Source: the human T2T-CHM13v2.0 reference genome, Homo sapiens
Assembly: GCF_009914755.1 (NCBI RefSeq)
Contig: NC_060931.1
Length of the DNA stretch: 64,000 nt
Reading direction: 5' to 3' (one strand)
A program made the translations under genes and the position numbers. Positions 46,595 through 62,979 of this stretch are shown here, in pieces (the first letter of the stretch is position 1; each line of letters opens with the position of its first letter). The notes beneath the pieces were generated by a model that saw only the letters and a list, made by a program, of their open reading frames with translations, was not told where the DNA came from and did no database searches.

Positions 46595-46657
46595 TATGAT
46601 GTTAGCTGGTGATTTTGCTCATTAGTTGATGCAGTTTCTTCCTAGTCTCGATGGTCT

Positions 46658-47675
46658 TTACATTTTGGCATGATTTTGCAGCGGCTGGTACCGGTTGTTC
46701 CTTTCCATGTTTAGTGCTTCCTTCAGGAGCTCTTGTAGGGCAGGCCTGGTGGTGACAAAATCTCTCAGCATTTGCTTGTCTGTAAAGTATTTTATTTCTC
46801 CTTCACTTATGAAGCTTAGTTTGGCTGGATATGAAATTCTGGGTTGAAAATTCTTTTCTTTAAGAATGTTGAATATTGGCCCCCACTCTCTTCTGGCTTG
46901 TAGGGTTTCTGCCGAGAGATCCGCTGTTCGTCTGATGGGCTTCCCTTTGAGGGTAACCCGACCTTTCTCTCTGGCTGCCCTTAACATTTTTTCCTTCATT
47001 TCAACTTTGGTGAAACTGACAATTATGTGTCTTGGAGTTGCTCTTCTCGAGGAGTATCTTTGTGGTGTTCTCTGTATTCCCTGAATCTGAACGTTGGCCT
47101 GCCTTGCTAGATTGGGGAAGTTCTCCTGGATAATATCCTGCAGAGTGTTTTCCAACTTGGTTCCATTCTCCCCATCACTTTCAGGTACACCAATCAGACG
47201 TAGATTTGGTCTTTTCACATAGTCCCATATTTCTTGGAGTCTTTGCTCATTTCTTTTTATTCTTTTTTCTCTAGACTTCTCTTCTCGCTTCATTTCATTC
47301 ATTTCATCTTCCATTGCTGATACCCTTTCTTCCAGTTGATCACATCGGCTCCTGAGTCTTCTGCATTCTTCACGTAGTTCTCGAGCCTTGGTTTTCAGCT
47401 CCATCAGCTCCTTTAAGCACTTCTCTGTATTGGTTATTCTAGTTATACATTCTTCTAAATTTTTTTCAAAGTTTTCAACTTCTTTGCCTTTGGTTTGAAT
47501 GTCCTCCCGTAGCTCAGAGTAATTTGATCGTCTGAAGCCTTCTTCTCTCAGCTCATCAAAGTCATTCTCCATCCAGCTTTGTTCCGTTGCTGGTGAGGAA
47601 CTGTGTTCCTTTGGAGGAGGAGAGGCGCTCTGCATTTTAGAGTTTCCAGTTTTTCTGTTCTGTTTTTTTCCCCAT
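46658..47675 (-). pseudogene. L1 ORF1; +1 frameshift after the native ATG, leaving a 325-aa ORF from an internal ATG at 47635
   Basis: A7 instead of A6 at 47663-47669; REKG, ARR and YPAKLS motifs intact. Confidence 0.93.
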
Positions 47676-47679
47676 CTTT

Positions 47680-48582
47680 GTGGTTTTATCTACTTTTGGT
47701 CTTTGATGATGATGATGTACAGATGGGTTTTTGGTGTGGATGTCCTTTCTGTTTGTTAGTTTTCCTTCTAACAGACAGGACCCTCAGCTGCAGGTCTGTT
47801 GGAATACCCTGCCGTGTGAGGTGTCAGTGTGCCCCTGCTGGGGGGTGCCTCCCAGTTAGGCTGCTCAGGGGTCAGGGGTCAGGGACCCACTTGAGGAGGC
47901 AGTCTGCCGGTTCTCAGATCTCCAGCTGCGTGCTGGGAGAACCACTGCTCTCTTCAAAGCTGTCAGACAGGGACATTTAAGTCTGCAGAGGTTACTACTG
48001 CTGTCTTTTTGTTTGTCTGTGCCCTGCCCCCAGAGGTGGAGCCTACAGAGGCAGGCAGGCCTCCTTGAGCTGTGGTGGGCTCCACCCAGTTCGAGCTTCC
48101 CGGCTGCTTTGTTTACCTAATCAAGCCTGGGCAATGGCGGGCGCCCCTCCCCCAGCCTCGCTGCCGCCTTGCAGTTTGATCTCAGACTGCTGTGCTAGCA
48201 ATCAGGGAGACTCTGTGGGCGTAGGACCCTCCGAGCCAGGTGCGGGATATAATCTTGTGGTGCCACGTTTTTTAAGCGGGTCTGAAAAGCGCAATATTCG
48301 GGTGGGAGTGACCCGATTTTCCAGGTGCGTCTGTCACCCCTTTCTTTGACTCGGAAAGGGAACTCCCTGACCCCTTGCGCTTCCCAAGTGAGGCAATGCC
48401 TCGCCCTGCTTCGGCTCGCGCACGGTGCGCGCACCCACTGACCTGCGCCCACTGTCTGGAACTCCCTAGTGAGAAGAACCCGGTACCTCAGATGGAAATG
48501 CAGAAATCACCCGTCTTCTGCGTCGCTCACGCTGGGAGCTGTGGACTGGAGCTGTTCCTATGCGGCCATCTTGGCTCCTCCC
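47680..48582. promoter_or_regulatory. L1 5'UTR bidirectional promoter (sense on -, antisense promoter on +)
   Basis: Established L1 5'UTR architecture; many CpGs retained; YY1 site at 48563-48574. Confidence 0.8.
48134..48349 (+). CDS. L1 antisense ORF0, intact 71 aa
   Basis: MAGAPPPASLPPCSLISDCC...RCVCHPFL*; Kozak gcaATGG; internal donors CAG|GTGCGG (48239/48240) and CAG|GTGCGT (48324/48325). Confidence 0.85.
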   Translation: MAGAPPPASLPPCSLISDCCASNQGDSVGVGPSEPGAGYNLVVPRFLSGSEKRNIRVGVTRFSRCVCHPFL

Positions 48583-49748
48583 TAGATAGGTACTTTTTAA
48601 AAATGGGGTGACTATTCAGAATGTCTTGTTCTGTAGAGTTTTAGACTTTTAGAATGCTGGAGATAATATAATCAATTGATTCCGGCATGATAATGATATT
48701 TTGCAGTGTTCCATAGCATAAAGAAGGCAGCATTTATGTTAAACATGGTCCCTTCCTTTCTATTAACGGCATTTGTCTATAAACACCAAGGGAGTGGAGC
48801 TGCTGTAAGTCAATGAGTGGAGGAAATAGTTGTAATATGTCATCTTTCCAACATCATTTCATTCATTTTAAAAATGAACTCCTTGGGTGTGCTGTAGAAA
48901 CACTATTTTACTTTAAATATACTAGCAAGAGCCCTATTCGTAAAGAATTTATGCACTTAATTTATGTACTCAGCTTGTCAGGTTACTTTGTTTCCAGATT
49001 TTTTCCCTTCAGAGGAATGAGAGAGTCCTCATGAGTTGCAAAAAGAAAAACCATAGGCTTATAATAAGCTTTTACTGGCTCATGTGTGAAGCTTAGCCTA
49101 CTATAGATTTTCCAGAAAATCAAATATGGATGTGGCGGAAATATCTTTTCTGGCTAGGAGAAGCGACTCATTATGAAACAATGAACTGTACATCTCTTGG
49201 GAGTGTCTTTGAGTAGTTACTTAAAAGCCAATGTTTAGCAGCAGAACCTTCAGAGAGGCATAACCCAATGCTGGCAGTGTAGGAAAGCAGCTTTAAATGA
49301 ACATTTCCCACAGGAGATTGTTTCAGACAGGGTGTGGAAATGGCAGGTGAATGAAGGTCTCTTCCAGCTAACTGGAAAAGCATGTTTTCAGGAGAGCAGA
49401 TGCTATAACTATAAAAATGAAGGTGAACATACTGAAAAAGAAGGGGATAAAATTAATTTTACAGAAATGATAACATGTTAGATGTTGTTTAGCAATTTTT
49501 AATGTTAAATCTTTCTCCTACGCCTTGGGTAATACAAAGACAACATTGTTGAGTTAGTTTTAAGAACGTCTATGTGCAAGGCAAGTCTTAATTCACCTGA
49601 TAAATCCTTGTGAAATATGTGTGGAATCTTATGGATTCAGAAAAAGCTGAATTTTTTTTCATTCTTTGTCAATTTATCTTTTTTCTTTTGTCACCTCCAC
49701 ATGTTGCTATAGCTTAGACAGCTTAGACCTGGAAAGAAAATTGCAAGA

Positions 49749-49777
49749 TTTTTTTTTTCCTGTTTTCTCCCCACCAG
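49749..49777 (+). other. Strong candidate 3' splice site (exon starting at 49778)
   Basis: ttttttttttcctgttttctccccaccAG followed by unique non-repeat sequence. Confidence 0.45.
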
Positions 49778-50249
49778 ACTTCCTCCTAACGTCAAAGGTC
49801 CTGCAGATCATTCTCTCACAAATGCTGGAGAGCTCTTTTTCACAGTTGACTATACAAATACATCCTTGGTGTAATAAATGATGGCGCCTCCTACTTCTTA
49901 GTTTCCTTTTGGCAAAAGTGGAACCGTTTCCATGAAGCTGTGCCTTCCTTCTTGCTACTGCTGTTGACTCCTCTATTAGTTGGAGACAAGAGCCTTTGGG
50001 CAGAAGGATGGTACACCATAAATGATCGTCTTCCTCCTCGTGGTCTCCATTCAGATGACCACTGAGAATATTTATCATCTTGCTTATGGATTTAAAAAAA
50101 TTATGTCAGTAACTCTGTTAGAATATTCTGTTTTGTTCGGGAGCAGAATTTTAAAAATATATCAATGCCTAACAATTTCTTATTCTTAGAATTTATTTCC
50201 TCTTTTAAAAAAAGATGGCTATTAATGGTATGTGTAGGTCTGATTTTAT

Positions 50250-51380
50250 GTATATATTATATATCTATATTATATATATCTATATTATATCTAGAGATAT
50301 GGTATCTATTATATAGAGATATATCTATAAATATCTATATATAATAATAGATATAATATATATTATAATATATAATAATATATATATATTATATAATATA
50401 TTATGTATAATATATAATAGATATATATTACATGTAAATTAGATATAATATCTATTATATATAATATATAATCTAATATATATTATTATATATAGATATA
50501 TTATATCTATGTTTTATATAGATATATTATATATTATTATATATATTATATCTATGTTTTATATAGATATATCTATGTTTTATATAGATCTACATTATAG
50601 ATATATCTATGTTTTATATAGATATATCTATGTTTTATATAGATCTACATTATAGATATATCTATGTTATATATAGATATATATTATATATAGATATATT
50701 ATATCTATGTTATATATCTATATATTATATATAGATATATAACATATAGATATAATATATCTATGTTATATAGAGATATATAACATATAGATATATATTA
50801 TATATTATATATAGATATATTATATATATTATATATGGTATATTATATATAGATATATATTATATAGGTATATATTATATATAGATATATAATATATTAT
50901 ATATAGATATATATAATATATTATATATAGATATATATTATATATAGATATATATTATATATTATATATAGATATATATTATATATTGTATATTGATATA
51001 TATTATATATAGATATATATAATATATAGATATATATTATATATTGTATATTGATATATATTATATATAGATATATATTATATATTATATATATTATATA
51101 TAGATATATATTATATATTATATATATTATATATAGATATATATTATATATTATATATATTATATATAATATATAGATATATATTATATCTATATTATAC
51201 ATTATATATCTATATTATATATTATATCTATATTATACATTATATCTATATTATATATAGATATAATATGTATAGATACATTATATCTATATTATATATA
51301 GATGTATATAAGATTACCTATATATAATGCAATATATACTGATTATCTATATAGAAAATACAGTATATACTATATAATAA
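50250..51380. repeat. About 1.1-kb TA-rich low-complexity tract with internal palindromes
   Basis: tatagata/tatctata units in both orientations; perfect palindrome at 50707-50745. Confidence 0.95.
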
Positions 51381-51449
51381 CAACTATTTATTGAATTTCC
51401 ACTGTGAGCCAAGTAGGGTTCTAGTAATTTGGGATATGATATAGTAATT

Positions 51450-52300
51450 CCAATTCATTGGTTTAATATGTATTTATTAAGTACAGCATCCATGTGTTTG
51501 ATCACTAAACTAGGACATGGGACAGAAAGGAAGACACAGTTTCTGCTCCAAAAAGCTCATAGTCCCATTAGAGAGAAAAAACAAGATGGTAAAATAAAAG
51601 CTGTAAAATCATATAAGCACTGGAGCATTTTAAAAGGTTAAAAACAATATAGCTCCCCCCCCGCTTACAGTTCAGTAGAAAAGACTCTAGCTAACCAAAG
51701 TCAAATATTTATATTTACATAAATATGAAACAGTAGTAAGTGTTACCATGGGGAGATGAATGGTATGAAAGCTCATCACACGAGACTTTGACCCTATCAG
51801 GGAAATCATCAGTGAGTATATCAGGGAGGTGAGATTGAAGGAGGAGCTGGAGTTGTGTAGGTCAAGACGGCGTTAAGCGTGCTCTCTGCAGATGGAACAG
51901 CGCATGCATAGTCCCTGCAGCTGAAAGGAATGTGGCACGTCCAGTTTAAGGGACTTGAAGAAGGCCGACAGCCACTGTGGCAGAGCACAGAGAGCAAGAG
52001 GAGTGTAAATGTGGCAGTAAGCCAGACTGTGGAGACCTTGCCGAAAATTTGGTTTGATCCAAGGAGCTCTAGGGAACCCGTGAATGTCATAAATGCCTTT
52101 GGGAGGGGAAGGCTGGAGGTGTTGCCCTCAGATGCTCCTGTATGTATAAAGTTTTACAACTTCTATTTTATCATGTTGTTTTTTCTCCCTTATGTAACTA
52201 TGAGTTCCTTGGGGCAAGAACTGTGTCCTCTTCCCTATCCCATGGCCTAGCTTAGTGCCTAATAGGTGGATGCTGTACTCAATAAATACATATTATGTCA
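51450..52300. mobile_element. L2 fragments
   Basis: attcattggtttaatatgtatttattaagtac... (minus-strand L2 end) and tatgagttccttggggcaagaactg...ctcaataaata (plus-strand L2 end). Confidence 0.55.
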
Positions 52301-52911
52301 ATGATTTTATATCATTTACTTATTCTTCTTGACTTTTCTTTAGCTATTAGTAAATACAGTTTTACCTAACAATGAGCAAAATATGTGCACTGGGCTGCGT
52401 GTGAACATGTTATGTAGATTTGTTAGTGATTTATGTAATCTATCTGGGATCTGTTTACTTTGTACTGCTAAATCTAATTCTACTGCTAAATCACCATCTT
52501 TAGTCGCTGTTATTGTTATGTGTATTATCACAATATTCTTCTAACTGTTCTCCTTTGTTTGCTCATGACCTATTGTCAACCCAGCAGCCGTCTTATGATA
52601 ACCTAAAGCAGATTACTGTATCCCTGCCTGGAAAGCATCAGGAGGTCCCCATATCACCCAGAGTAGGAGTCACTCCGTAGAGCTGCTTCTAAGTGAACTT
52701 CCCCACCTCTCTGCCTCTCCTACCTCATCTACTACAAGCCCCCTTATCCACCCTGGGGTAGCCATACCGGGCGTTCCTGCAGTTCCTCAAACATTCCAAG
52801 CATGCTGTCATCTCAGAGGCTTTGAATTTTGTTTTCTAACCCAATTATTTGCATGACTCCTTTATATAAAACATTCCAAAATGTTTATTAAGCTCATTCC
52901 CAGATTGTGCA

Positions 52912-52914
<3 letters not shown>

Positions 52915-52949
<35 letters not shown>
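52915..52949. repeat. (TG)n microsatellite
   Basis: Direct inspection. Confidence 0.95.
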
Positions 52950-52950
<1 letters not shown>

Positions 52951-53214
52951 TTTGAGTGGATTTTTTTCAGAATTATCCTATTAGTTTTCTTAATTTATTG
53001 ATTCTTCTGCATTTTCATCATATTATCTCCAAATAATGTTAATTTGTATTCTTTTCCTATTAGTTATACCTCATTTCTTTTTCCGGCCTTGCTGTATTGG
53101 CTAACATCCTCAAGTCAAATGTAGCAAACTTACGGTGATAGCAGGTATCTTTGTTTTCTTCCTAGCCTATTGAAAAGTCCTTGGGATTTGTGTTAAATAT
53201 AGAATTTGTCTGAA

Positions 53215-53520
53215 ATCTTTTAGTTGCAAATGACAGAAAGCCAGATCAATCAATGGTAATGGCTCACAGAAATCTAGGGATAGAACTGTCTGCAGGCAGA
53301 GGTGATTTTTGATGTTCAAAACTTCTATCAGGGCCATGTCTCTCTGTCTCCATCTCTCACCATTATTTTCCTTTGTATACAATCATTCTCAGAAATGCTC
53401 TCTCCATGAAGTAGGAAGTAGGGAATGATTCTGATTGGTTTGCAGAGCATACAAGCCCACCCTCTAGTTACTGTGTCAGGTGTGAAGATTGGTTGTGCCG
53501 GAAGCCATGACCTGAACTTA
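53215..53520 (-). mobile_element. MLT1-family LTR fragment
   Basis: ttagttgcaaatgacagaaa end motif. Confidence 0.45.
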
Positions 53521-53949
53521 TTTGGTGACAAAACCTCACCTGAACTGACATGAAGTAAACCATTTACATTTTTTTTTTTTGGTGCAGAAATATTAATCAG
53601 CTTAATAGTCTAGAATGTGCTGGGAGTGTTAGTTAATATGTAATCTAAGTACTGCATTATCATTGTAAAATTTATAAAATTCTGAGTTCTCATTTATGTC
53701 TTGCTCCAGTGGAATCACATAGGGGATTGTGAGCCTGTATAATTAAATTTTCCATATGTATCTGTAAATTGAATCTAAAAATTTTAAAAATCCAATGTTT
53801 CAAATAATCACTATAAAACAAAATAGAATAACTCATAGGTTAAGACATATAACCTTGTATCATGAAAACAGTGCCACTAAAAGTAGAAATACAACGAGTA
53901 AAAGTTGAAAGTGGGAGGAATGGAGCAGAGCATTTTTCACTTTACATAT

Positions 53950-56900
53950 TTTAATATAGTTTACCCTTTTCATGAAGAAGGTTCAGTTCTTTTACCTAGA
54001 AACTTACTACCTAGAATTCATTTGTTTCTTGGAAACACTCCTTCTGATTTCCCTGCCTCCTTCTTGTATTGCAGCCTTGGTTTTCCAGGACGATTGCATG
54101 ACCAACTTCTTGGAATTTCCTTTCATTTTGTAGCCTTATTTGGTCCATGGTTTCTTAAACCTTATATTTTCCTCATTCCTACATCCCATTTTTGTTATTG
54201 TTGTTATTTGGTGGCATCCTCAAGTAATTCTTTAAGAAAAAATCTGTAGATGGTAAATTTTATAAGTCCCCACATGCCTGAAAATGACTTTATTTTGTCT
54301 CTACTCTTGATTGATAGCTAGAATTTTAAGTTCAAAATAATTCTCACTCATAACTTTTGAAGGCACTGCTCTGATGTTTTCTGGCATCCAACATCACTTA
54401 TGAAATGTCTGAAACCAATTTGGTCCTTCTTCCTTTGAAGATAAACATTGTAATCTCTTTGGAAGCTTTTAGGACCTTCTTTAGAATCCTTGTGTTCCGA
54501 AATTTTATAAGAATGTTCTTAGATTTTTTTTCCTCCATTTTTTTCTGCTCAACGCCATATGGAATCTTTCAAAATGAAGACTTACAGTATTCCATTTGTA
54601 GGCTTGTTTAAGCTTTGGGAAATTTCATTCACTACTCCTTTGATAAATTGCTCACATTCCTTTTCTTAGCTACCTCTTTCTAGAGCTACTAGGAGACAGA
54701 TGTTGGCCTTCCTGGATTGATTGTGCTGAAATCTTTTGCATTTTCTTTCTTTTTTCTTTTTTTTTTTTTTAAGATTCTGGAACGTTTCCTTGACTTTTCC
54801 ATGTAGTGTTTCATCAATCTTTCAAATGTCAACAATTACATTTTGAATTTTCAAAAACCTTTGCTCCTTTTATCACTGCAACCTGTTCTTGTTTTGTGGA
54901 TAAAATATTTTGTCAAATCTTCTTCACATCACCAATTAAAATTATTTTATGATTCCATTCTCTTCCCTGAATTATTTCTGTTTTCTCCAGCATCAGAGAA
55001 TCAATGTATTCCTTTTGATTCTTTTGGGGTTTTGTTACAATTTTTCTCAGAATCTGGTAACTGTTGGTTGTCCATTTATATGCATGAATGAAGAAGTAAG
55101 ATAATTATTAAATGCAGCCATCATGGATTTCCTTCGCAGCTTGCATATGTCAGGCTTCATTCTAGGAAGTGTGGAACCAGGAGCAAGTGAGCAGGTTGGG
55201 TGCACCCTCCCAGACCCCCCAAAAAAGCTAGCTCCCAATCTGGGGTCTTATCCTTCATTCTAGAAGCCAGTGCCTTTGTAGTGAGAAAGTGTTGACAAGG
55301 ATCAAAGATTTCCTCAGGCAGGCCCTGATAAAATAATGTCATCTCTTTATAATGCTGCATGATGAGCTATTTAGAATGGTCCAGGAAGGGATAAATCATT
55401 TTTATCTACTAAAGATACTCAAATATCTACTTCAAGATATTGTTATACAATAATTGTATCATTCATATTGTGTTCTCAGTCCACCACTGATGTGATTTCT
55501 TTCCTTTCCAAAGTTCATGCAGAAGTATTTATTTCCAGAATTACAGCATTGAGGACAAAGTATGGGCTAAATGGTATTTCTTCTTTGGGGGATTTTTTGA
55601 GATGGTCATTGCATTGCAGTCTCATCCATGAGTCCTTTTCATTACTTTATGTGGAAATTTGAAAAGAATATGAATTTTACATCTGTAAGATACAATGTTT
55701 CCTCTTTTACTCTTTCTCCTCAATAAATCAAACTCCTTAATTGTGTTATTCAGCTACTGTCTATTTTTTATCTACTTGATCTGTCACACTCTGAAAGAGG
55801 TGTTATTGCTCTTAAGATTGCAGTTTCTGCCAATTTCTCATCGTATTTCTAAAAGTTCTTTGCCTAATGTATTTCTAGGTTAGATTTTTTTTTTTAATGT
55901 ACAGAGTTTTTGACATCTGTTTGGCAGAATGTACCTTTTATAAAAATGAAATATCCCATTTAATGCATTTTGCTTAAGCTATACTTTGATAGTAATATTG
56001 CCACCTGCTTTCCTTCTGTTTCCATTTGCCTATTGTATCTTCCAGCATTTTCAATTTTTCCTTATCATTTTTTTTAAAATGTTCTTTTAAACAGTCTCTG
56101 GCTGGGTTTTGTTTTTCTTCTCTTAACTCAATTTTGGATCCATTGTCTTTTAATGGAGAAATGTAATTCCTTCTGTTAATTATGTTAAATGATTTGCTTG
56201 CTCTTGGTTTTATTTTTACCATTAAAAGTTATATTTTAATTGATGAATAAATATTATATATTTATGGGGTACACTGTAATGTTTGGTATATGCTTACAAT
56301 GTGGAATGATTAAAACCTTATCTATTTCAATTTATGTTATGTGGTTATTTTCTTTCCTTTGCTATCTTTCTTTGGAATGATCAGTTTTTATTCTTACTGC
56401 TTTGAAAGTTTTGCATGTTATTTCTTTCCTACTAGCAGATAATATTAATTTTTGTAGCAAACATACTTGGCCAATTTTTTTTCTAATGGCAAGATCGAAA
56501 CTCTATTTATAGCCTTACTCCATAACCCCAGACTAAGATAAGCATTTAGTATTTATGTACTCCACCCCATTTGCCATATTTTATTGAAAGTATCTGAAAT
56601 GTTAGTTCCATAATGTGTTAAAAAATAAAATTATCTATTTTTTCTTTCAAGAATTCTTTCTTTGTAATTGATCTAAGTTATAAAACCATATTGTTAACAA
56701 TTTCTTGAGCTTAATATTCATTTTACTATTTTTTTCCCAAAATGTTTACTACAAATTCCCTCTATTCCATTATAGTTATGTTGATTCACATCTTTCTTAA
56801 ATAATTTTTACAAAAGGCACATAGATATCATATTAATTCAATCCTTTCATTTTAAAATGTATAAAAAAATGATGATTTACATGGGAATAAAATTCCAGGG

Positions 56901-58490
56901 AATTAGTTCATCTTGCTTAAGATTTCTAGAATTTGTACTTCATTCCTTAATGTTTGTTTAGAAACTCTTGTCTTTTGTATTGGTTCCTAAAATCTAATTC
57001 TGCTAGCCCACAGTTTTAGCATTTTTCTTTGAAGATAATATTTTCCTTCTTTTTTACTACACATATTTAGAATTTTATCTTTATTCTTGGAATCCAGAAA
57101 TTTGTCAGGATATGTCAAGGGACAGGCCTTAAGAAATAATCTTATCTGGCTCTTAGGAAGACTTTAGGATACAGAGACTTGTGACTTTCTTTGGCTCAGG
57201 GAAAATATCTTTTATTATATCTCTGATTAATGCTTTCCTTCTTCTTCTCTTTTCTTTTATGATATTCACTATTTGTTACTTTCTGCATTCTTCTCTCTGG
57301 CCTAGTTAACTAGTTTGTCTTATTTCTTATTTGTCAATTGTTCATTTTTCATACTTGGCATCTCTTTTTTTGGATAAAATGCCTTCCCAAAATTCACTAA
57401 AATGAAACATATATATATGTATGCTTATTTAATTTTCTTCAGTTTCCTATATTTACTTTTATCTGTAGGTGTTATTAATTCTGATTGCTCAACCTGATTA
57501 TCCCCCACCCATCATTTTCTGCAATAAAACACACAGATGTGCGCTTCAATCAGTTTTGACACTTGTATGCACCTGGGTAACAGCTACTCTAGCCAAGACA
57601 TGGGACACTCCTATGGGCACAGAAAGCTCCCTAGTGCCTCGGAGGCAATGACTTTTTAAATTTTGTCATCATAATTTATATTTTCCTGTTCTAAAGCTTC
57701 TTGTAAGTGGAATCATGCAATATATATTCTTTTATGTCTTCATTCTTCACTCAGTGTAACATCTGTGATATTCATTGTTTTCACATGTATTGGGACTTTC
57801 CCCCCCTTTTTCCATCTTTTTTCTTTTTTGCTGGAGAGATAAGCCACCATGTACATCCATTCATCTCTTGTACATTTGAGTTATTTCCAGTTCTGAGCTA
57901 TTATGAATAGGCTGCTATGAACATTCTTTTGCATGGACATATGGTTTCATTTCTTTGGGGTAAATACCAAGAGCAGAGTTGCTAAGTGGTAGAGTAGGTA
58001 TACGTCTGACATTATAAGAAACTGTCAGTTTTCCAAGCAGTTGTACCATTTTACACACTCAACAGTAGTGTATGAGAGTCTACTTGCTCCATATCTTCAC
58101 CAGCACTTAGTATGGTCAGTCTTTTTACCTTTAATCATTCTCGTAGGTGGGTAGTGGTATTTCATTGTGGCTTTATGTTGCATTTCCTTGATGACTAATG
58201 ATGTTGAGCACTTTTTCATATATTCATTGATACTTTGTATATCTGTGTTTTAAAAGTATTATTCAAGTTTTTTGCCTAGTTTTAAGATTAGTTTTTTAAA
58301 AATAATTGTTTTGCAGGAATTTAAAAATATGTACACTAGCCTTTATTGGATATATGTATTGTGGATATTTTTTGCCAGTCTTTAGCTTGCCTTTCCATTT
58401 TCTACACAAAGGCTTTTAGAAGAAGAAATTTTAATTTTGATAACATTCATATGCTATATTTTTCTTTTGTTGTTTGTGCTTTCAGTATCT
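53950..58490 (-). mobile_element. Nested old L1M/HAL1 fragments
   Basis: ORF1-like degenerate pieces (54.3-54.9 kb, 56.9-57.3 kb) and an L1M 3' region (57.6-58.5 kb: gaataggctgctatgaacatt, tttcattgtggcttt...gatgttgagcactttttcat). Confidence 0.6.
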
Positions 58491-58499
58491 TGGCTAAGA

Positions 58500-58712
58500 T
58501 GCTTCCCCATTCCCTCAGTGAACATGTGGCAATGTCGCAACGTCTAGAGACATTTTTGTTTGCCACAACTTGGAGAGAGAAGACTAGGACCTAGCAGGTA
58601 GAGGCCAAGAATACATCTAAGCATCCTATAATGTACAGGACAGTCTCCCTACAATGTAGAATTATCCAGCCCCAAATGTCAACAGAGTCATGGTTGAGAA
58701 ATCTTGGTTTAG
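58500..58712 (+). mobile_element. MER20 (hAT-Charlie)
   Basis: tggcaatgtc...gagacatttttg...gtagaggcca...catcctataatgtacaggacag...ccaaatgtcaa...gttgagaaa. Confidence 0.8.
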
Positions 58713-58834
58713 AGTGATACACAAAAGTCCAAATACATTTTCCATTTTTCTTGTTGAAGTGTTCTTATCAGAAAAGCATTTCCATCTAATTTATACATTT
58801 GTAAAATCTAATGTCCTCCTATGTCACATTATAG

Positions 58835-59030
58835 CTACTGCTTATTGAACACGTAACTATGATACAGGTTCCATTTTATATATTTTCTATATTATTCCAC
58901 TTAAGCCTGAGAAGTAGGCATTCTCTGCACTTTACAAATGGAGAAACTGAAGCCAGAAAGGAAAAAGGCCCAATGGTTGGTGAAAGAGCCAGGATTCCTG
59001 TTTAGGTCAGTGTGATAGTTTACTAACACT
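58835..59030 (-). mobile_element. MIR
   Basis: gctactgcttattgaacac...tttacaaatggagaaactgaagc. Confidence 0.65.
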
Positions 59031-59049
59031 AAAACTTCTTTTGAGTTTA

Positions 59050-61865
<2,816 letters not shown>

Positions 61866-62979
61866 AAAACCTTTGCATTATCACTTAAATTACTTAATTT
61901 TACTTTTAATGTAAAAATATTGATAGTCCCAGAAAAGATAGGCTCCATTTGTACTATGATGATGGAGTAACCTAGGTTGGAATGCAGGGCAGTAAGAAGA
62001 TGGATATTTTCATCTCCTCTTTAGAAATTGCCAAACTACATAACAGAAGTCAAGTGTCTCCTCTGATACTCAGGGATGAATTTAGGCAATTGACTGGTTT
62101 TCCCTCTATTTTTATTTTTGTTTTCTATTTGACCGTCCAACTTTCTGATGATTGAAAGTGGTATCAAGTAGGTTTTGCTTAGGATTAGTAAAAGACATAA
62201 GCAATTTTTCCTGACAGCCCAGAAAACAATATAAGTAAACTACTTATGAAGATTATAGTGTACTCCCAGGGTGTTTTGAGCAATCTGAATGAGTAATAGG
62301 AAATATATTTGTATGCTTGAGACCTTTGAAGCTTCTTTCAAATACATTGGGTACCTTTGATATTGCAACTGGATATCCTTCTGGAAACCCTCACCATTAC
62401 TGTACATCAAGCAGGTGTTCTTTAAAAACACTCACTAGGCTTATGCCATCATCCAATCACACTGATGTTATGCGGTGCTTCTATAATGCAAATTAGGTTG
62501 TGGCACTGCAGTGCTCAAAACCCTATTGCCCACAAGGGCTTTTAAAAACCTGTGTCCAAGCATTAGGAGCACTGTGGTATGTCCTCAGGGATCTCCATGG
62601 AAAGGGAGGAAGGGCTGTTCCCTTTTGGTCCAAGGTCCTCCAATTCCAATCAGAGCAGCTCTGCTTTTCTGTCGTTTTATATTTTTGACTTTCAATTTCA
62701 AGGAGTTCCGTGATTAAGAATTCTTGAAATATTTTGGCATGTGGGACAATGTATAAACTTCGTAACATTGCAAAAACAACCCACTGTGAGTTGGCAGTTT
62801 GCCAATGTTGCTAATCAAATCTCCTTCTCTTCCCCCATAAACATACACCTCGTGCTCCATCTAGAAAAATGTGCAGTTCTCTGAAATATTCTGCAGGTGC
62901 ATTATTATATTATACCTCCATTGCTTTGTACATTCTGGATTTTTTTAAATTTGTTTTTGCATTCCATGACATTCTTTTC

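Noticed and set aside
50921-51202. Ile/Tyr-rich ORF
   Set aside because: Translation of the TA-rich repeat
52463-52492. 18-bp-period duplication of tactgctaaatc
   Set aside because: Ordinary slippage duplication with no further structure
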